Origin: Squalus acanthias
Taxonomy: Eukaryota
Direction of reading: 5' to 3'
Assembly: GCA_030390025.1 (NCBI GenBank)
Contig: CM059431.1
Location: 125,986,001 to 126,050,000, forward strand
DNA: 64,000 nucleotides
Shown piece after piece: positions 58,529-64,000 of this stretch. Every line of letters begins with the position of its first letter. The first letter of the stretch is position 1. The position numbers and the translations under genes were made by a program. The notes beneath the pieces were generated by a model. It was given only the letters and a program-made list of their open reading frames with translations, was not told where the DNA came from and ran no database searches.

Positions 58529-60856
58529 GGCCTGAATTTTCTGTACCTGGGCGGGTCGGGTGTGGGCGGTCACCGTGCAGGTCGCGACCCTCTGCTCATT
58601 CCATTCCGCTCCTGAGATCGACTTTCCATTAATTGTGCCTATTAAGGCAGCCCTGCGCATTACCTGGCCCTATTAAATGGTACGGGTCTGATGACATCAT
58701 CGCTGCTGAATTTGCAGTCGGGATATTTAAAGGAGCCATGGGTACATTGCATTTGAAGGTTATCTCGGATTGTGCAGGCACTGCACTGGAGCATTGGAGT
58801 GTTCCAAACACTTGCAAACATGACTGCACAGAGGCAGAGGACTGCACCCAGGTTCTCCGATGACTCCCTCCATAAGCTTGTGGAGGGAGTGAGAGCATGC
58901 AGGGAGCTCCTCTTCCCTTCCGATGGGCGGAAGAGACCTCCCCAGCAGACCAAAGGAGCCTGGCTCCAAATAGCAGAGGAGGTCAACAGCAGGGATGTGG
59001 TCAGGAGGGTGCAGTGCCGCAAACGTTTCAATGATCTCATTCGATCAGGAAAGGTGAGTGCAAAGTCACACTAAACTTCATTCTGCTGTGCCTCTCATCA
59101 CATCCCCATCACTCTGCCTTCCCAACCCTACTCCTGCACATCCTTACTCACATCCTTACTCACACCAACATACCTTGCAAGTCCATCCATCCCTCTCTCT
59201 ATATCTGCATTATCACATTCCCATCTGACTAACCACCTATCACACTCACCTTCATCCTAATGCAATCATACCAATTAACAACACACAAGGAGGCCACATG
59301 GCATTGCCACTCCACTCCATCATAGTCACCCTCTAAAGATCTAACCCTTCCATTCATTCCATCAGTCTCACTCAACCTTCTCTACTTTCCCTCCTTGCAG
59401 GAAAAGAGAGCCCGCAATAAGAGGAGAGAGAGAGAACTGGAGGTGGCCCTCCATCATTGGCCAACCTAACAGCAGCAGAGGAGGTTGCCTTGGAAGTATC
59501 TAGAGTCGCCGAGCAGCTGGAGGTGGAGACAGAGAGAGGTGGACATCTCAGAAACCTGGTGACAGAATTACATCTCATACAGGCACATGGCATACATCAG
59601 TCACTCATACGGGGACTGATGTCAGCAGCTAGTGAATTTTCATCATGTGCATAATGGTATCTGTACCTATTCTTGATAAGCGTGAAGTTAAGTGAATCTG
59701 GCCATGATGAGGCCATCCTTGGCCTCTCGGGCAGCAATGTGCTCGGGTACTGATGGGATCTGGACCGCAGGTTCCTCCTGCTCCACCTCCTCCTCGTCTT
59801 CCAGCTGATGCTCCTCCTCCGCCGAAGAGGCTGTGCGCTCAGTGCCTTGATCCTCATGCAGCGCTAATCCTCGCTGCTGCGCTCTGTTGTGCAGGACGCA
59901 GCAGACCACGATGATTCTGGAGACACTGGCTGGTGCGTACTGAAGGGCTCCTCCAGATCTGTCAAGGCATCTGAAGTGCATTTTTAGCATGCCTATTATC
60001 TGCTCTATGACACCTCTGTTGGAAATGTGGCTTTCATTATATCGCTCCTTGACCTTCTCAAGGGTGTCATAAGCCACGTCTTCAGTGGATAGCCCTTGTC
60101 TCCAAGCAGCCATCCAGAAAGTCTGTTTGGCAGTGCGAAGAGCTGAGGGAGGGTGGACTGGCACAAGATGAAAGAGTCATGACAGCTGCCAGGGAATTTG
60201 GCGTAGACATGCATGATGATCTTACTCTGGTTGGAGACGAGCTGCACATTGAGGGAGTGGAGGCCCTTGTGGTTCACAAAGAATCCTGGGTGATGATGGG
60301 GTGCCCTGATGGCCACATCTGTGCAGTCGATGATGCCCTGCACCCATGGGAAGCCAGCCAGAGCGGCAAAGCTGAATGCCCACACAGTAACACTGGTGTC
60401 ATCAGTGGCAAAGTTGATATAAATGGCTGATTGTCAAAGAGGGCATCGGTGACCTGTGTGATGCATCAGTGGGTGGCTGACTGCAAGATGCTGCAAATAT
60501 CTGCTGCAGATCCCTGGAAGGAGCCTGAGGCGAAGAAGTTAAAGGCGCTGGTGACTTTGACAGCCACTGGTAAGGCATGTCTACCTGCTCCGCTGGGCTG
60601 CAGGTCTTGCTCCAGCAATCTGTAAATATCTGCGATGACCTGGCATGACAGCCTGAGCCTCCTTTGGCACTGTTGCTCCATCATGTTGAGGAAGCTCATC
60701 CTCTGCCTGTATGCCCTGTGTTGGGGGTATCGACTCAGGCGCGGTGCAGCCCTGCGCTGATGCCCTAGTCCTGTGCAGCATCTGGTTGTTGAGCAGAAGG
60801 TTGGTGGTGTTGTTGTTAGTGCTGCTGGCGTGCCTGGTGCTGCTGGTGTTGGGGCC
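58529..60856. mobile_element. Internally deleted and truncated Harbinger element
   Basis: Terminus GGCCTGAATTTTC. Myb exons (+) at 58820-59053 and 59401-59558 with GT-AG. Transposase (-) at 60856-59688 ([25 protein letters not shown]). Myb exon 3 is absent. Confidence 0.9.
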
Positions 60857-61064
60857 AAGGCCCTAAGTGCTGCAATTCCCTCCCAAACCTCTCCGCCTCT
60901 CTACCGCTCTTTCCTCCTTTATAACGCTCCTTAAAACCTATCTCTTTGACCAAACTTTTGGTCATCTGCCCTAATATCTCCTTACGTGGCTCGGTGTCAA
61001 ATTTTGTTTTATAATGTTCCTGTGAAGCGCCTTGGGACGTTTTACGACAAGTTGTTGTTGTTGT
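60857..61064 (+). mobile_element. L2 3' tail fragment
   Basis: AATTCCCTCCCAAACCTCTCCGCCTCTCTAC..CCTGTGAAGCGCCTTGGGACGTTTTAC..(GTT)n. Confidence 0.85.
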
Positions 61065-61878
61065 TGGCTTTCCGAATATGCTTTGTCTGCAGTAACTGTG
61101 CATAACTTGAATTTTGTCTATTTTCTGTCTATAATACGAAATATAAGTTCCGAACTACTTCCAAATAGCTTCCAAATAGGCTACAGGCATCTTTTTTGAG
61201 GTAGATTTTGACAGGAAAGCTATTTTCAAGTGACTATTTTTACTTCAGAGTTCTGGAGAGACAAAGGAAGGGACAGAGGAATAGAGAGAGAAAGATAAAT
61301 ATAGAGAGAGACATAGAGACACACACAGACAATGAAAGTAACAAAAAGTAAGATAAACAAAAAGAGAGAACGAGAAACTGAGAGACACACACAGAAAATG
61401 GTATCTTTTCATTGTGTAATGTACTGTAAATGGTTGCAGCAGCTATCTTTTGTTGTACAGTGAGTATTAAAAATACAATTCATTTATCCAGCTGTGGTAT
61501 CCATTTAGTTATCTATCTACAGTGGGTAAGGAAGACATTATTTTCCAGGAACCAATCAAAAAGTCCTTCATTGTCTTTGGGGAGATCTCTTAAAAACTTT
61601 ACTCCAAACACCTTCAATGAAAATGTCCACTCCAGTCCCAATTCTATTCCCCAGTACCACCTTTGAAAAAGCATAACCTCTGATTCACTATGATCAGTGC
61701 CGTGGGAGATAACCCAGCATGCTTTTTGTTGGTCAAATCACACTTCCTGTGTCACATTTTAGGAGGCATGCTTCGGCATCACTCCTCTGCATATGTGACT
61801 TCCATGCAGTTGATTGGCTCACATAAAACAGCAACAAATCACAAGTGAAGTGGTAGGAAACGTATAGATCAACCATAA

Positions 61879-62645
61879 GGGGCCAAAAATTCGGCACTTG
61901 CCGGGTGAGTACGCGCTGTGTACTCACCCGTAAGGCCTCCTGAAGTGCTGGTTTCCTGCATGCACTGCACATGCGCGGGAAACCGGAACTTCCGGTCTCG
62001 TGAAGGGAGGGGTTGAGAGGTGAACCGCGTGCGCGGGAGAGGCTGCGCGCACGCAGCGAACTTAGGTTTTTTTTCAGGTTTCTCCGGGAAGGTAACTATT
62101 AAAGAAGCTGCGCTTTTAAAAAGGCGGTGCAAGACCCGTTTGTAACAAGGTAAGTGGTTAATTAATTACAATATTAAAACATTTTCAACAGGTTTATCTT
62201 TTTAGATACTTTAAAGAAAGGTAAGTTTATTTTTAGCACTGTTAAAAAGTATTTTAATTTTTTCAAAAATTTTAATTTTTGTTTAAAGTAGTTAATTTAT
62301 TTAACTTATAATAGTTATTTTAAAAATGTGATGTTTTTTATAAAAATTTATTTGAAGTTTAGGTGTTGTTTTGGGGCCGATTTCAATTCATAGATTTGAC
62401 AGGTCTTCCTGTCAAATCTATGAATGAAAGATGGTCTGCTGCCATTGGCTCTCCATGGCCCACGTGATCCCAGGGGATGCATCGCACTAACTACGCCCCT
62501 GGGTTACACAAGCACTGCGTGCCAGCAGCTGCAGGAGGCCCAGGAGCTGAAGTCCCTGTGGGCCCAGAGGTCAACGGCAGGCGCGGTAGGTAGGTGCGCG
62601 CGGGATCCTTGCACCCACGGGAAGCCAGGGAGCCTAATTTCTGGA
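61879..62645 (+). mobile_element. About 760-bp MITE, AT-rich core family (copy 3)
   Basis: Left TAA|GGGGCCAAAAATTCGGC. Right end AATTTCTGG is slightly eroded. High similarity to 57437-58199. Confidence 0.88.
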
Positions 62646-64000
62646 AATGGATAGAGGAACTACCAATAAGGAACCACTAAAGACATATGGAAGTAGCCAA
62701 CAAACTCCACTCATAAAAGATAGTTGGACCAATTAAATTGTTCAGTTGTTTTTGAAAATTCTTTCACCTGCCGCCTTACTTTCTGCACTAAGGTGGAAGT
62801 AAGGAGGGAAGTACGTGAATTTTCGTTAGGCATTTATACCATTTTTTGAGGGTATCTGTGGCTTTTCCGTCAAAGCTACAACAGACAAGCAGGAGAGCCC
62901 CGACAGAAATTCACCCGCAAAGGTTTAAAGCCATAAAAAAACAAGACCAATAAGAAATTTACCTGTGCAATATAATTTTCTGTGTCAAAATACCTCTAAA
63001 GATGCTCTCTGTCAGCAGTCTGTGTCTAGGTGAAAAGTTGCAGCAACGGATCAGAAGCAGCTCTGAGGAAATTTCCGGTCCTTGTGCTTCTCGGTCCCAC
63101 CTGATTTTTCGCCCCCACCACTTTACCCAAGCCCTTTTTGTACTGGGATTCCATCCGAGGCCACGAATAAATTTAGAACCAACAATTCTAATATAATCAC
63201 CGAACATTCTGATATCGGATAAACTGCTGATATCAGATCGGCTGCCCGGTTATATACCCCGCTTGTTTGTCCTTTCCAGTGAAAAGAAGTCCCTGGTAGG
63301 GAAAATCGTGCGGAGTGTAGAAAGTGCGGTTGAGCCCCGCCAAAATTGAAAGTTCCGCTCAATGTTTGGGATTTATTTTCACCTATCTGACACTCCACCC
63401 TCCCACAAACTCTCTCTGACTGAGAAAGTGGTCTGAGAGAGTGAACAGATGATTTGTTTCCAGACCTGGCCAAATATATCTTACTTCTCTATAACTTGGT
63501 GTAAGCAATTAGGGGAATGTGAACAGGAGTAACCCTTGGCAACACCTCCTGATTTTCCCCTGCTGTCTGTTGGGGAAGTACCTACTATCTGTTCACAACC
63601 TCCCCCATCCCGAAACTTGTTTAATCTTCAATTTCTTGTTGAATGTAGCTTACACTGAATTATATCAAACATAGCTTAAAGAAGTATGATGAGATCATGG
63701 TGGACCAGCACATTTAAACCAGCAGCATCCCTTAATTAGCATTGTTGCTGCTGAAATCACAGAGGTGATACTTGTGGGCTGCATTATTACAGTACCAATT
63801 ATCTTGTCGTTTTACCAACATTCAGTAAGTTAAAAATATACAATAAAAATATTTAGTTTCTTAAATTAATTAATGAGAGACTATTTTCAATATGGGCAAG
63901 CTAAGTACTGCACAAATGCAAATTAAAGGCCAGCTGCAGTTTGACTTATCAGTATGCAGACCAATGACAAATGCAATAGGCTAGAAGTTATGGTCGCTGA

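Overview
Eukaryotic, repeat-saturated genomic window, most likely from a cartilaginous fish (shark/ray). This is inferred from an HE1-like V-SINE, SacSINE1-like Deu-SINEs and HER1/CR1-type LINE tails. No host protein-coding gene could be supported. Nearly all recognisable sequence is nested transposable elements. PIF/Harbinger DNA transposons dominate: about nine copies, two essentially full length (34708-38766, 44808-49033) with a convergent HARBI1-like transposase and a 3-exon Myb/SANT gene, plus many derived MITEs. There are several CR1 LINEs, one with an uninterrupted 955-codon ORF2, and L2 and RTE fragments. LTR elements comprise two decayed Gypsy retrotransposons and three solo LTRs, two of them about 1.7 kb. 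Three Penelope-like insertions have 10-14 bp TSDs and carry minimal hammerhead-ribozyme motifs, one forming an 89+89 bp palindrome. Most notable signals: a correctly phased U_UUA_AAC slippery heptamer at the CR1 ORF1/ORF2 junction with an AUG-less ORF2 in the -1 frame; the Penelope hammerheads; and a Harbinger autonomous/MITE system with a recurrent subterminal TTAGCG motif and a conserved promoter palindrome. All calls were made by eye, with no database searches.
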